A DNA stretch of 35,792 bases from an uncultured Clostridia bacterium (lineage in GTDB: Bacteria > Bacillota > Clostridia > Christensenellales > UBA1242): positions 1 to 35,792 of the forward strand of contig CAJFOL010000111.1 in NCBI GenBank assembly GCA_904397185.1. The letters run 5' to 3'. Below are positions 1-9,746 of the stretch, one piece after another. Position 1 is the first letter of the stretch; every line of letters begins with the position of its first letter. The translations under genes were made by a program, and so were the position numbers. Under the pieces are notes generated by a model. It was given only the letters and a program-made list of their open reading frames with translations, searched no databases and was not told the origin of the DNA.

Positions 1-71
1 CACTCATTTTCCTCTTTATTATACGCCTTCACAATATCCCGCAGGATAAAATTCACGGACGCAGGCATCAT
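1..71 (-). CDS. 5' end of a CDS running off the left window edge (hypothetical; begins MMPASVNFILRDIVKAYNKEENE)
   Basis: ATG-ATG at 66-71 (minus strand) sits about 10 nt downstream of GGAAGGAG. The frame stays open to the window edge. It is absent from the ORF track because it is truncated. Confidence 0.3.
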   Translation of the reverse strand, partial: MMPASVNFILRDIVKAYNKEENE

Positions 72-327
72 GGGGCGTCCGCTCCTTCCATGATTAATTA
101 TTGTTAAACCAAAGGAATCTCCCTCTTATTTCTGTCAGTATTCATTATCTAAAAAATTTTATTATTTATCCTTATGCTTTATAAAAAAGATTCCTTCTTC
201 TTAAATTCAAATCTAATTTAGTTACGTCTCATTTTTTAGCATTTGCTTTTTTAGAATTCTCACTATGAAGTGGAAAACATCGATTTTCAGTATTCTAAAA
301 CATACAACCTAAAATTCAAAACATACT

Positions 328-495
328 TTAATATTCGGTGCCATAATAACTAATAATTCCATCATTACATGCAGTTTTTATCTCTTCAATATCTTCTGAA
401 TTCAATCTCTTAACAATTTGCTTTTCAAGTTGCAGGGTTCCTATATACTTCGAATGATTCATGGCTCCCATTTCTTCATATACTTTGAAAGGCAT
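328..495 (-). CDS. small hypothetical ORF (55 aa, MPFKVYEEMGAMNHSKYIGTLQLEKQIVKRLNSEDIEEIKTACNDGIISYYGTEY)
   Basis: The ATG at 493-495 lies 12 nt downstream of the helicase stop codon, and the ORF ends in TAA at 328-330. There is no clear SD and it is below the ORF-track size cutoff. Confidence 0.2.
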   Translation of the reverse strand: MPFKVYEEMGAMNHSKYIGTLQLEKQIVKRLNSEDIEEIKTACNDGIISYYGTEY

Positions 496-507
496 TGAAA
501 GCAACAA

Positions 508-2580
508 TTACTCTGCTTGTTTTCGAGAATACTTATTTGATAAGAATATACTTTGCCCCTTTTCTACAATCAGACCTTGTCTCCTACGCTCTTCATAAAA
601 ATCCGTAAAGTCATCAACAACATCTTCAATTCTTGCAGTTCCATCTACATCCATATGGTTGAAAAAGGCTAATAAAAACACCGGTTTATATGAATGATCC
701 ATATGCATTTTGCGTATATTCTCGATAAATATATCTTTGCGATTAGTATTTGTAATCTCTGTCCATCCAAATTTCTGGCATATACTTTTCACCTGAGATG
801 GCTCAAAATATTCAAATGATCTCGTCTCACTAATTGGAACAACCATATCAGGAATAATGCTCCCTTCTCGTATACATTTACGAATCTGTTTACCGCGTAC
901 ATTGATCCGTCTAATCAATTCTAAGGTAGACAGCATTCCCTCTGTCTTTTCTTGCCAATTAAATAAGTCAATTTGTTCATAATCTGTCATGTGTATCGGG
1001 TAATCAATCAAAACCTCTGGCTTTTCTCCTTTGACAAACAATTCATTATCCCAACGAATATCATGCTTAGAACCAAGAACTAATCCCCCCGGATGATACT
1101 GGGACAAATGAAACAATCGATGCAACGAATACGGACAATTAAACAGTCCAGCATTATCAACAAAGTCAAATACCATTAAAAAATCTTTCTCTGGGTGAGT
1201 TCGCATTCCTCGACCTAATTGTTGTAAATAAATAGTTTTGGACATAGTAGGTCTTGCCATGAACAATACTTGAGTATGCGGACTATCCCATCCTTCATTT
1301 AACAAATCACATGCACAGAGTACGCTAATCAAACCATCTTCATACTCCCTTAATATACGCTTTCGCTCTTTAGTATTTGTACTTCCTGATATACTCTTTG
1401 CACTAACGCCTTTTAATTGAAATGCAGAAGCAACATCATCAGCGTGAGTTACTGAAGTACAGAACACTACCGTTGGTTTATTCTTAACATATTCAAGCCA
1501 TGTATCAATAATCAGTTGATTTCTACTGGGAATAGACACCTTTGACTCTAAGTCTAAAGTATTATATCGAAATCCATTAATTCTTACATCCTGGAGTGAA
1601 ATATTCGTTTTAATTCTAATACAACGCACCGGAGATAATATTCCTTCTTCAACGGCTTCCTTTATTCCTAACTTATGAGCCATTGTCTTAAAAATAGCCA
1701 GCAAATCTTCTCCGTCTGCACGTTCTGGTGTTGCTGTTAATCCTAGTGTAAAATCCGGACGAAAATACGAAAATACTCTTTTATAAATATCGGCCGTTGC
1801 ATGATGACACTCATCAATTATCAAATACCCAAAGTCATCTGGTCGAAAAAGCTCTAACTTATTTACAATGCTCTGAATAGATGCACATATAACAAACTGA
1901 TCTGTTTCATGATATTTACCTACCATCATTCCAACAGATACCTCTGGCCAAAGTTTCCGGAAATTACTATAAGCTTGTTCAACTAATTCATTTGTATGTG
2001 CCAGAAAAAGCGTTCTTTTTCCTAATGATTTAGCATCCAGTACACCTATAGCAGACTTTCCTGATCCTGTAGCTCCCTGGACTAAAGCTATTGTTTGATG
2101 TTCATTACGCATTTGACATAAATTGCGCAACGCCTCTTCTTGGTGTTCTCTAAGAATGAAAACTTTTCCATTTTGAGCCGGCATGTCATCATCAATATAA
2201 AAGAGCGCAGGAGACTCTCCTAAAAAAGTCACCAATTCATCTTTTACCCTTTCAGGTGTTGTTTCAATTTGACGATCTGTCCATCGGTATACTTTCCAAC
2301 CATCATAAACCAAACTATTTTGCTTAAGTAAATCATCTATGTATTTCCCTTCAGACACCTTCTCTGGATTATGCCAAGTTGTCCCATCTATTTCAAAAGC
2401 AACCTTTCCAAATGCACTTTTAATCGCAAAATCAATAGTTCTATGTCGCCCATAGATGTCAACAACTGGATATTGAAGATATACGTATTGACCTTTGCCC
2501 GGGCCAAATACATCACAAAATAATTGTATAAATTTTTCTTCAGCTCCACTTCCCATAAAATGCTTTTGTTTTTTGGCCAT
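508..2580 (-). CDS. DUF559/Vsr-like endonuclease domain fused to an SF2 (ResIII/DEAD-DEAH type) helicase, with an uncharacterised C-terminal domain
   Basis: 690-aa ORF. The N-terminus carries RTIDFAI...VAFEIDGTTWH...GWKVYRWTDRQI. Helicase motifs are GATGSGKS (I), DECHH (II), LTATPER (III) and QQLGRGMR (VI). The C-terminal ~170 aa contains SYKPVFLLAFF. An AGGTGG SD lies about 9 nt upstream of the ATG. Confidence 0.85.
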   Translation of the reverse strand: MAKKQKHFMGSGAEEKFIQLFCDVFGPGKGQYVYLQYPVVDIYGRHRTIDFAIKSAFGKVAFEIDGTTWHNPEKVSEGKYIDDLLKQNSLVYDGWKVYRWTDRQIETTPERVKDELVTFLGESPALFYIDDDMPAQNGKVFILREHQEEALRNLCQMRNEHQTIALVQGATGSGKSAIGVLDAKSLGKRTLFLAHTNELVEQAYSNFRKLWPEVSVGMMVGKYHETDQFVICASIQSIVNKLELFRPDDFGYLIIDECHHATADIYKRVFSYFRPDFTLGLTATPERADGEDLLAIFKTMAHKLGIKEAVEEGILSPVRCIRIKTNISLQDVRINGFRYNTLDLESKVSIPSRNQLIIDTWLEYVKNKPTVVFCTSVTHADDVASAFQLKGVSAKSISGSTNTKERKRILREYEDGLISVLCACDLLNEGWDSPHTQVLFMARPTMSKTIYLQQLGRGMRTHPEKDFLMVFDFVDNAGLFNCPYSLHRLFHLSQYHPGGLVLGSKHDIRWDNELFVKGEKPEVLIDYPIHMTDYEQIDLFNWQEKTEGMLSTLELIRRINVRGKQIRKCIREGSIIPDMVVPISETRSFEYFEPSQVKSICQKFGWTEITNTNRKDIFIENIRKMHMDHSYKPVFLLAFFNHMDVDGTARIEDVVDDFTDFYEERRRQGLIVEKGQSIFLSNKYSRKQAE

Positions 2581-2722
2581 TTATTTTTCCACCTAACATC
2601 ATTGTATCTTTTGAATGTTTTTGACATCTCTATCCGTAATAATGCATATTACATTTTGTGCCCTCAGATATCTGTTAAATTTACTTACATTTCCACATTT
2701 AATAAAGAAACAGAAAGCAATT

Positions 2723-5014
2723 TTATTCTTTTATCATTACCTTTTTGTCATCAAAATCTCTAGCAATTATTTTCTCGAAGTATGTTCTTAATCTAGAACC
2801 TCGTTCATTAAAAAATTGTTCTGTTGGGACTTTAAATTCTACCCCATCAATAGAAACATCTTTATGATAATCATTCAGCATGGTAGTAGTAAATCCATTA
2901 AGCCAATGGCCTTTACACATATCTTCATAATACCCCATTGCTTCGGCTAGTGGTTTATTATTCTTTTCATTATTATTATCACTGTCAAGAATCATCATAT
3001 TTCCCAAAGAATCAATATATTTCTCACGCAATTCATGTAAATCTACAGGAGCAAAATGTTTAGCCTTGTTACTAAAATCAGGATTACGTGCTTCCATATG
3101 ATCCAACTGCAATTTATCTGTCACAAAAGAATACACTGTTTTATCGAAAGTTAATTCTGTTTTTTCATCGTTAATCTTTGTCTTAAAAAGATTGATAAAT
3201 AAGACTTTGACTTTTAGATCGGCAACTCCAGATTTATTATACTGCCAAGTTTGAATCCACTCACGAAATTGCTGTATCATCTTTGATTGTGTTTCAACAT
3301 CTATCATGACGCCAGATGGATTCCATTTTTTCATATAAATATTTTGTAACCCCTTTTTTGCAATTTCTCTTGGTATTTCATAATCTTTGCATAGAAGTGC
3401 GGCTTTCCAAAGTTTAAATGCCAACTCATGAATTTCCCGGTATGCACGGTTGTTCGAATTGTGCTGATAGTCATCTTTTATTGCTGTAATGTATTTTTTA
3501 AACTCTGAAATGTTAACCTCTTTAATTCCTGATGTTTCCATTTGGTTCATAAACTGCCGAATTATGATATTAGTGAGTGCTGGTAATACTCCATCCAATT
3601 TTAATGCATTCAATAAATGAAACGCTTTGTATGTTATAGATACTTGCGGATTATTTTCTGCTCGAATACATGCAACCGCGGCATTTCGTACAGGAATCTT
3701 ATACTCTTCTATAATAATTCTCAGCATCTGATAAACTCTAATATCATTCAATGCTTTTGAAAACTCATATTTAACCGTATTCGATGAATAAATTTTTAAA
3801 TATTTATTTTCTATGATTTCACGATAACGCTGAATTTTATTTGTAAATGTAGATTCATCAGCTGTAAAGTACAAGGTACCAAGATAAGAAATCAATTTTT
3901 TATGGGCATCAGAAAGATCTCTTGTAAACACTTCATCTCCCCAAATCTGATCAAGAATACCAATATTTTTATCAATTATTACATCCAAATCTCCTGATGT
4001 ATTACAATACGCCTTTAAGAATAAATTCTTAATTAACTCCAGGTCATCAATTTCCATTGCTCTATCGTTCAAAACCTCAAACAAAGTATATGCATCTCTC
4101 TCATTTCCGGTCATGATTACACAAAAGCGTACATTTTCCAGAAATTCTTTCATAAAACGCAGAATTTGTCGAGTATTATGAAGTGGTTTTTCTTTCAATT
4201 GCAGCAATTTGTTAATTGCATTAAATTCATATTTTATAGCATTAGTATACTGTAAAATATTTATATCCGTTTTCTCTGTTTCTCCAATAATTTTTAGTTT
4301 CGGGTTGTCATCCTTCGACACAATTACGCATACTTTTGATAATGCTTTACTCAGCGTAATATCAAACGTTTTTCTGGAATATGATAACGCAAGAGTATCA
4401 GATTCTATGAACTTCATTTGCAAATTCTCGTACTCATCAAAATATCTATCAAGATTAGAAAAATCTCTTTCTGGAAGAAAAACTGTTTTTCTATACAATT
4501 CAGCAATATCTGTATAAACCTGATCCCTCTCAGTCTCTTCCAAATCAGATAAATTCTCCATTTTTTCGATAATATCATTACGCATTTTTGAAAAGGCATC
4601 TAAATGTTTACTACCTAATAGACTACCATATATCTCTTCTAAATCCTTTAAAGGTCCATCCAGATTAGATCCTTTTGTGCTAATCATTTCTTCAACATAA
4701 GATCTCTGAAGAAGAAAGAGCAAATAATTGAACAGAAATACCGTAGTAACACGCTGTTGACCATCAATAATATCATAACGATTGTGTATATTAGTATCTT
4801 CTACAAGAACAACAGAACCAACAAAATATTCAGCATTAGCATTTTCCGTTTTATTCTTATAAAAATCGGCTATCAGATTGTTAATTCTCTTTTCATCCCA
4901 ACGATATGGCCGTTGATAATACGGAATATTCACTTTTAGCGGAACTCTACTTTTTGTTCCTATGCTCATACACATCTCCAAAATGTTACGAATCTCTGCA
5001 CCTTTTAAATCCAT
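2723..5014 (-). CDS. GmrSD-like type IV (modification-dependent) restriction enzyme, DUF262 N-terminal plus DUF1524 His-Me-finger C-terminal
   Basis: 763-aa ORF. DUF262 motifs are IPYYQRPYRWD and DGQQRVTT. The C-terminal region carries LQLDHMEARNP ... LGNMMILDSDNNNEKNNKP. An AAAGGGGA SD precedes the ATG. Confidence 0.8.
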   Translation of the reverse strand: MDLKGAEIRNILEMCMSIGTKSRVPLKVNIPYYQRPYRWDEKRINNLIADFYKNKTENANAEYFVGSVVLVEDTNIHNRYDIIDGQQRVTTVFLFNYLLFLLQRSYVEEMISTKGSNLDGPLKDLEEIYGSLLGSKHLDAFSKMRNDIIEKMENLSDLEETERDQVYTDIAELYRKTVFLPERDFSNLDRYFDEYENLQMKFIESDTLALSYSRKTFDITLSKALSKVCVIVSKDDNPKLKIIGETEKTDINILQYTNAIKYEFNAINKLLQLKEKPLHNTRQILRFMKEFLENVRFCVIMTGNERDAYTLFEVLNDRAMEIDDLELIKNLFLKAYCNTSGDLDVIIDKNIGILDQIWGDEVFTRDLSDAHKKLISYLGTLYFTADESTFTNKIQRYREIIENKYLKIYSSNTVKYEFSKALNDIRVYQMLRIIIEEYKIPVRNAAVACIRAENNPQVSITYKAFHLLNALKLDGVLPALTNIIIRQFMNQMETSGIKEVNISEFKKYITAIKDDYQHNSNNRAYREIHELAFKLWKAALLCKDYEIPREIAKKGLQNIYMKKWNPSGVMIDVETQSKMIQQFREWIQTWQYNKSGVADLKVKVLFINLFKTKINDEKTELTFDKTVYSFVTDKLQLDHMEARNPDFSNKAKHFAPVDLHELREKYIDSLGNMMILDSDNNNEKNNKPLAEAMGYYEDMCKGHWLNGFTTTMLNDYHKDVSIDGVEFKVPTEQFFNERGSRLRTYFEKIIARDFDDKKVMIKE

Positions 5015-5352
5015 GAAAATTGTTCCCCTTTCTACTCTTATCTTCTTGTTTTTCCATTATTTCTTCCATCTACATCTGTTAACGTTTTAATTACTCAGTT
5101 TCGAATGTTATGACACATTTCTACTGTTATTATAAAAATACCATCCGACGCAATTTGAAACAAATCTGTATATTCCTAAAATATCATCAATTCATTTTTT
5201 ATCATCCCCGCGTGATTCCCAACCACAACAATAAGACGTAAAACCGGTACATACTTTTGTATTGTAAATAAAATAATCCTTCCGACAAATATTTATAGAT
5301 TAATTTTATAATAATATATTCTTAGATACGTAGCAAATAAAATATATCTCTT

Positions 5353-5419
5353 ATCAAAAATAAAAAGTGGTAGAAAAAAACAGCTAGAACATTTTTACCG
5401 TTTTCTTCACCACCACTTT
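5353..5419 (-). terminator. putative intrinsic terminator downstream of the sigma-factor gene
   Basis: The minus-strand RNA AAAGUGGUGGUGAAGAAAA...UUUUUUUCUACCACUUU forms an 8-bp perfect stem (AAAGUGGU/ACCACUUU) with imperfect extension, followed by UUUUUAUUUUUG. It lies 40 nt after the stop at 5459. Confidence 0.45.
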
Positions 5420-5458
5420 ATTTTACTATCTTTTTAACCGTGAATTTTAATCTACTAA

Positions 5459-6625
5459 TTACAAAAAATCCTGAAGTATCTTGATTTTTTTAGATTGCTG
5501 TAATTTTTTTATTGCCTTTGATTCTATCTGACGAACTCTTTCTCGAGTAACACCCAGCATTTTACCTACTTCCTCAAGCGTTTTTTCTACACCACCATCA
5601 AGCCCATATCTTGCTCTGATAACTTCCTTCTCTCTAGGTCTTAGTTCTTTCATCACGTCTTCAAGAGCCTTTCTTAACGATACCTGTTCTATATTTATAT
5701 AGCCATCTTCATACCAATAAAAAACATCTTCATACCCGTTGTAAAATCGACTTCTTTGTTTATCACTCTTTTCATAATTTACCAAAGACTTTTCATAAAG
5801 ATCCTCAAGAGACTCTATTGGCATCACTTGCGTTATAATATCCTCTGCCTGAGCGGCCTTACAGCCAAGCTTATTTTGTATTAATCCTCGTATCGCCTTA
5901 TCTGTCCATATTTCTTCAGTATCTAGATCTAAGTATCCCTCTTCTTTCATAATAGGATATATTGTAAAATATCCTTCTTTCTTGTGAACCGGATAGTAAA
6001 TCAAGGGTCTCTGTGTACCTTGTGTACGGCTTATATTTTGCAATATCCACAACGAAGCATATGAACCAAAAGGACCACTTGAATCAGGATCATATTTATC
6101 AACAGCAGTAATTAACCCTATACAGGCTTCCTGCAAGATATCCGCTATTTCTGCATTATAAACTTCTGCTCTCTGTAAAGCAATACGAACAGCAAATCTC
6201 AAATGCATTTGTACTGCCCTCTCTCGAGCATATACGTTTCCTTCCTGAATCTGATGCTTTAGCTGATCCATCTCTTTTGTCTGAGGGGGAACAACATTTC
6301 GTATAGCAGTAATAAAATCTTCTAACCCCGGATCAAGTTCTATTACTTTATCAAATATTGCATCATAGTCTCTATGTGCATAGTCATCATAATCGTCAAA
6401 AGATGTATCCGCCGTATCTATAACCGGTGCCTCATCATATACAAGAATTCCTCGAGTTGCAATGGAGCTTGAAAGGTAGTCAATATCTTTAATAGAAAGA
6501 TTCCATTTATCAGCCACATCATAAATATCGTCAAATACAAGAAATCCTTTTTTAGATGACAGTTCTATTAAATTTGTAAGAGCACTCTCTATATTATTAT
6601 TACTATCCATTATCCCACTACTCAT
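5459..6625 (-). CDS. sigma-70 family RNA polymerase sigma factor (RpoD-like architecture, divergent region 3)
   Basis: 388-aa ORF. It has a region 1.1-like N-terminus (LIELSSKKGFLVFDDIYDV). Region 2 reads IADILQEACIGLITAVDKYDP...FGSYASLWILQNISR. The region 4.2 HTH reads TLEEVGKMLGVTRERVRQIESKAIKKLQ. Confidence 0.85.
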   Translation of the reverse strand: MSSGIMDSNNNIESALTNLIELSSKKGFLVFDDIYDVADKWNLSIKDIDYLSSSIATRGILVYDEAPVIDTADTSFDDYDDYAHRDYDAIFDKVIELDPGLEDFITAIRNVVPPQTKEMDQLKHQIQEGNVYARERAVQMHLRFAVRIALQRAEVYNAEIADILQEACIGLITAVDKYDPDSSGPFGSYASLWILQNISRTQGTQRPLIYYPVHKKEGYFTIYPIMKEEGYLDLDTEEIWTDKAIRGLIQNKLGCKAAQAEDIITQVMPIESLEDLYEKSLVNYEKSDKQRSRFYNGYEDVFYWYEDGYINIEQVSLRKALEDVMKELRPREKEVIRARYGLDGGVEKTLEEVGKMLGVTRERVRQIESKAIKKLQQSKKIKILQDFL

Positions 6626-7045
6626 TTCCTACCCTTTTTTATTGTAATTGAAAGACTGCTATCTGTACATCTTTAGCTCAAAACTTTTATTCATCTCAAT
6701 TACATTAACTGCCTGGACTTATTATCAACATCCAGATAATTATCAGCGGGAATTTTATTCTATATCTAATGGAAGCATTTAATGGGTTTTATTCTAAAAA
6801 ACATAATGTTAAAGTATTTTTGTTATTAAAGTTGCTTCAACATTAAAACATTTCGGATTATCCTATATATATTGGCAAATTATTTGCTCATATTAACAGA
6901 CGATCTAGTAACCAATCTACTTCCTTAATCAAAGGTTTTCACGATATCCTCGAAATAAGAAAATTTATCTCCTGCATTGGAATTTCTTATTTCTTAAAAG
7001 CCCTGTTAATGTTTCCATTACGCATTTAACGCATGTCACTGGTAC

Positions 7046-7585
7046 TTATGCGTTTTTCATACATAACCGTAGGATATCGTCACTGCTAATTCCGCTGTTG
7101 AATCTATCATTAAATTCATCAACAAACTCATAAAGCCTGTTCACAAACGCCTCCGGAGTTTTTTCACCTTCAACCAATTTTTCATACAAGACATCAATAC
7201 CGCCTCTTACATAACTATCAAAACGCTCTTCATCGTCAGAGTTCTGACCATAGTGCCTAAAAGCCTTGTCAATTCTCTTTTCTTCATCTGGCTCATAATT
7301 AGAATCGAGTAACATAATCAGCCAAAAATTATACTGTAATTCCTCACTAGAATAAATTACACGATCACCCATGACGCTCTGACTATACACCTGACCTGTT
7401 TCTGGATTCTTAGTATTATCAAGCTCAGCAGTTCTTCCATACAAAAATCCAATCAATGGAGCATTTGTATAAATATCCACATTACGTTCTATCAGCTTTG
7501 CTTTACTTAATTCGTCGAATACTCCTGTGAGCTGATCCACACGAAGAGCGTGTCTCCCCTTGAACCTATATTGTTTATCAAACAT
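7046..7585 (-). CDS. 179-aa protein, last gene of the putative phosphorothioation-associated restriction module (function unknown)
   Basis: The ORF has an AAGGAGGAG SD 5 nt upstream of the ATG and starts 11 nt after the stop of the DndD-like ATPase gene. I recognise no catalytic motif. The assignment is by operon context only. Confidence 0.6.
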   Translation of the reverse strand: MFDKQYRFKGRHALRVDQLTGVFDELSKAKLIERNVDIYTNAPLIGFLYGRTAELDNTKNPETGQVYSQSVMGDRVIYSSEELQYNFWLIMLLDSNYEPDEEKRIDKAFRHYGQNSDDEERFDSYVRGGIDVLYEKLVEGEKTPEAFVNRLYEFVDEFNDRFNSGISSDDILRLCMKNA

Positions 7586-7596
7586 AGCGCTCCTCC

Positions 7597-9591
7597 TTAT
7601 ACCAAAATGGTCTCAAACTCATTCTTCTTGTCAAACTGATGCCTGCTACCGATTCTATCTCCCATATAATCCTCAGCTAGCTCACCATCTGTATCCTTGA
7701 TAAAAATAATAACCTGTTCAGCTGTTTCTGGCAGAGCCTCACATACAGTTTTAATTCTTCTTTTATCAAATGCAGACAACGGCGCATCCATTACCAAAGG
7801 ATATGGTTCAGATGAAAGTAACTTGGCATCGTCATCATCAGCATTACGATTTTCCCTCGCCATTTTGATGATGCCAGTAATAAATGCAAAAATAACCGAA
7901 ATACTCTGAGCTGTAGAAGTTTCTACGTCACCCTCATAGTCATTAGCCTGGACTGTAATATGATATTTGGGATCTATTGTTAATGACAGACCACCTTCAT
8001 AAATTTGCTTAAAGATATCGTTGATTGTATCCTGCAGTCGATTACGAATTTCCTCCTCACTTGTACGATATACATTCTCTAACTCTTCATAAATCTTTTT
8101 AGCATAGGTTAGATACATCTGTGTCTTTCTATTCTTTTCATCAAGCAGGGTAAGATTCCGTCTCTCGGTATCTGCACGGTCACGATCTTTTTCCAGACCA
8201 CCACGCTCTATATTCAGCTCATCTCTATCCTTATCGCACTTATTGATTGCATTAACGCAAATTTGAATTTCGTTATTTATAATGCGAACTTTCTCTCTGA
8301 CATCTCCACCACTAAGCTTAGCCTCAATTTTATGAAGATCATCAGTCTTGTCCATAATGTCATCGCTCTGTACACTAGCTGTAGCAAGGTTGTCCCGCAG
8401 CTGTTCAACCAAATTCTGAAGCATTCCAGCCCTACGCTTTGATTCCTTCTTAAAGTCCGCTACATATGTACTGAGCGACTTAGGCGGAATAACATCCAGT
8501 AACGCCTTCACGTTATTATAAGGTACAGATCCCTCATCCAAGTGAGTACCACAAATACATATCTTCTGCCTGAGCAAATACTCAATAGTTTTGTCACGTA
8601 TAAAAGGAATATCCTTACCTGAAAAATCGTGTCTTGACAGCACCTCCAAAGCTCTCTTAGTCAGAGAAAGCGAGAAGAATGAACTCATAGAAGCATTAAA
8701 ATCCTTACACATATTCTTATAAACTGTGGCACGCATACGAATAGTATTATTAATCTGCTTCTGTAAATCTTCCTTTTCCTTCTGCAGCTTTTCTCCTTCA
8801 GAATACTGCTTCAGCTCTATGATCTTCTCAGATTTTCTGGTCTCTGCAGCTGCCTTCTGTGCATCTAGCTCTTCCAGAGCAATATCAATTTCTGCCAGTC
8901 TAGCATTGCACTTATCTATTATGGATGTATATTCCTGAATCTTCTTGTTACTTTTTGAGTCAAAGCTCTTTTCATAGCTACCAATAACACCAAGGCTGCT
9001 TCTCGGATTGAAATGGCCAATGGCGCTAATCATGGCATTGAGACCAAGAAGTCCTTTTACAGCCTCAGCAAAGTCCGTTGCCTTTTTACCTGTAGAAATA
9101 TCCTTACTCATCTTCTCGATACGTTCACCATCAAAGAAGAAGTATCTGGACAGTTCCTTCGGCAGAATACTCTTCACCTCTGCCTCGCACTGGGACTTTT
9201 TAACGTAGGATGTATTACCGCTTGCATCTTTTACTGCAATATCAAATACAGTATTATCGCCCTTTACATTGTTTGAATAATCCTTATGATAGGCCTGCTC
9301 CCTTATGAGAGCATAATCCACCTCACCATGTCGAAGAGATAATATTACACGAACCTTCTCCTCTGAACCAGGTGTCATTTCTCTGGCTACCACCTTATTC
9401 AGAATAATCTTGTCAGAGAACTCTGTTTCTCCATACAAGCACCAAAAAAATGCCTGGGCAAAAGTAGTTTTACCTGTTCCATTCTCGCCAATAATTATGG
9501 TTACGTTTTTGCCACCTTCTCCTTGGGCAAAATCAATGGATTCATCACGAAATTGGCGGAAGTTCTCAAGTTTTATTGATTTAAGTAACAT
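7597..9591 (-). CDS. DndD/SMC-like ABC-type ATPase (paralog class found in PT-associated restriction modules)
   Basis: 664-aa ORF. The N-terminus reads MLLKSIKLENFRQFRDESIDF...IIGENGTGKTTFAQAFFWCLYGE (Walker A). A long coiled-coil middle follows. The C-terminal Walker B/D-loop region reads PLVMDAPLSAFDKRR. A GAGGAGGAAG SD is present. Confidence 0.85.
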   Translation of the reverse strand: MLLKSIKLENFRQFRDESIDFAQGEGGKNVTIIIGENGTGKTTFAQAFFWCLYGETEFSDKIILNKVVAREMTPGSEEKVRVILSLRHGEVDYALIREQAYHKDYSNNVKGDNTVFDIAVKDASGNTSYVKKSQCEAEVKSILPKELSRYFFFDGERIEKMSKDISTGKKATDFAEAVKGLLGLNAMISAIGHFNPRSSLGVIGSYEKSFDSKSNKKIQEYTSIIDKCNARLAEIDIALEELDAQKAAAETRKSEKIIELKQYSEGEKLQKEKEDLQKQINNTIRMRATVYKNMCKDFNASMSSFFSLSLTKRALEVLSRHDFSGKDIPFIRDKTIEYLLRQKICICGTHLDEGSVPYNNVKALLDVIPPKSLSTYVADFKKESKRRAGMLQNLVEQLRDNLATASVQSDDIMDKTDDLHKIEAKLSGGDVREKVRIINNEIQICVNAINKCDKDRDELNIERGGLEKDRDRADTERRNLTLLDEKNRKTQMYLTYAKKIYEELENVYRTSEEEIRNRLQDTINDIFKQIYEGGLSLTIDPKYHITVQANDYEGDVETSTAQSISVIFAFITGIIKMARENRNADDDDAKLLSSEPYPLVMDAPLSAFDKRRIKTVCEALPETAEQVIIFIKDTDGELAEDYMGDRIGSRHQFDKKNEFETILV

Positions 9592-9746
9592 TGCACTTCC
9601 TCCTCAATCTTTTTCTTAATCCATGAAACCATCTGAGAATCATTCATTGTTCTCGTCTTCAGATTCATGTTTTCCTTAATGATGATTGCTCGCTTCAGGC
9701 GTTCTATGACTTTACTGTCAACCTGGATCTCATCGCTAACACTCAA
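9573..9746 (-). CDS. small coupled ORF (about 57 aa from TTG 9746; the track version starts at TTG 9767)
   Basis: It overlaps the helicase stop (TAG 9736-9738) and the ATPase start (9591). An AAGGAGG SD lies 8 nt upstream of TTG at 9744-9746. I recognise no motif. Confidence 0.4.
   Translation of the reverse strand: MSVSDEIQVDSKVIERLKRAIIIKENMNLKTRTMNDSQMVSWIKKKIEEEVQCYLNQ

Noticed and set aside
2388-2763. Two 79-aa ORFs (2388-2627 minus, 2524-2763 plus) around the helicase start
   Set aside because: They overlap the well-supported helicase N-terminus or AT-rich intergenic DNA. They have no SD and no recognisable motif.
6953-6992. AT-rich inverted repeat AAATAAGAAAATT ... AATTTCTTATTT downstream of the 179-aa gene
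   Set aside because: It is not followed by a U-tract on the minus strand, and the stem is entirely A/T. Such palindromes are expected by chance in AT-rich spacer DNA, so I cannot call it a terminator or operator.
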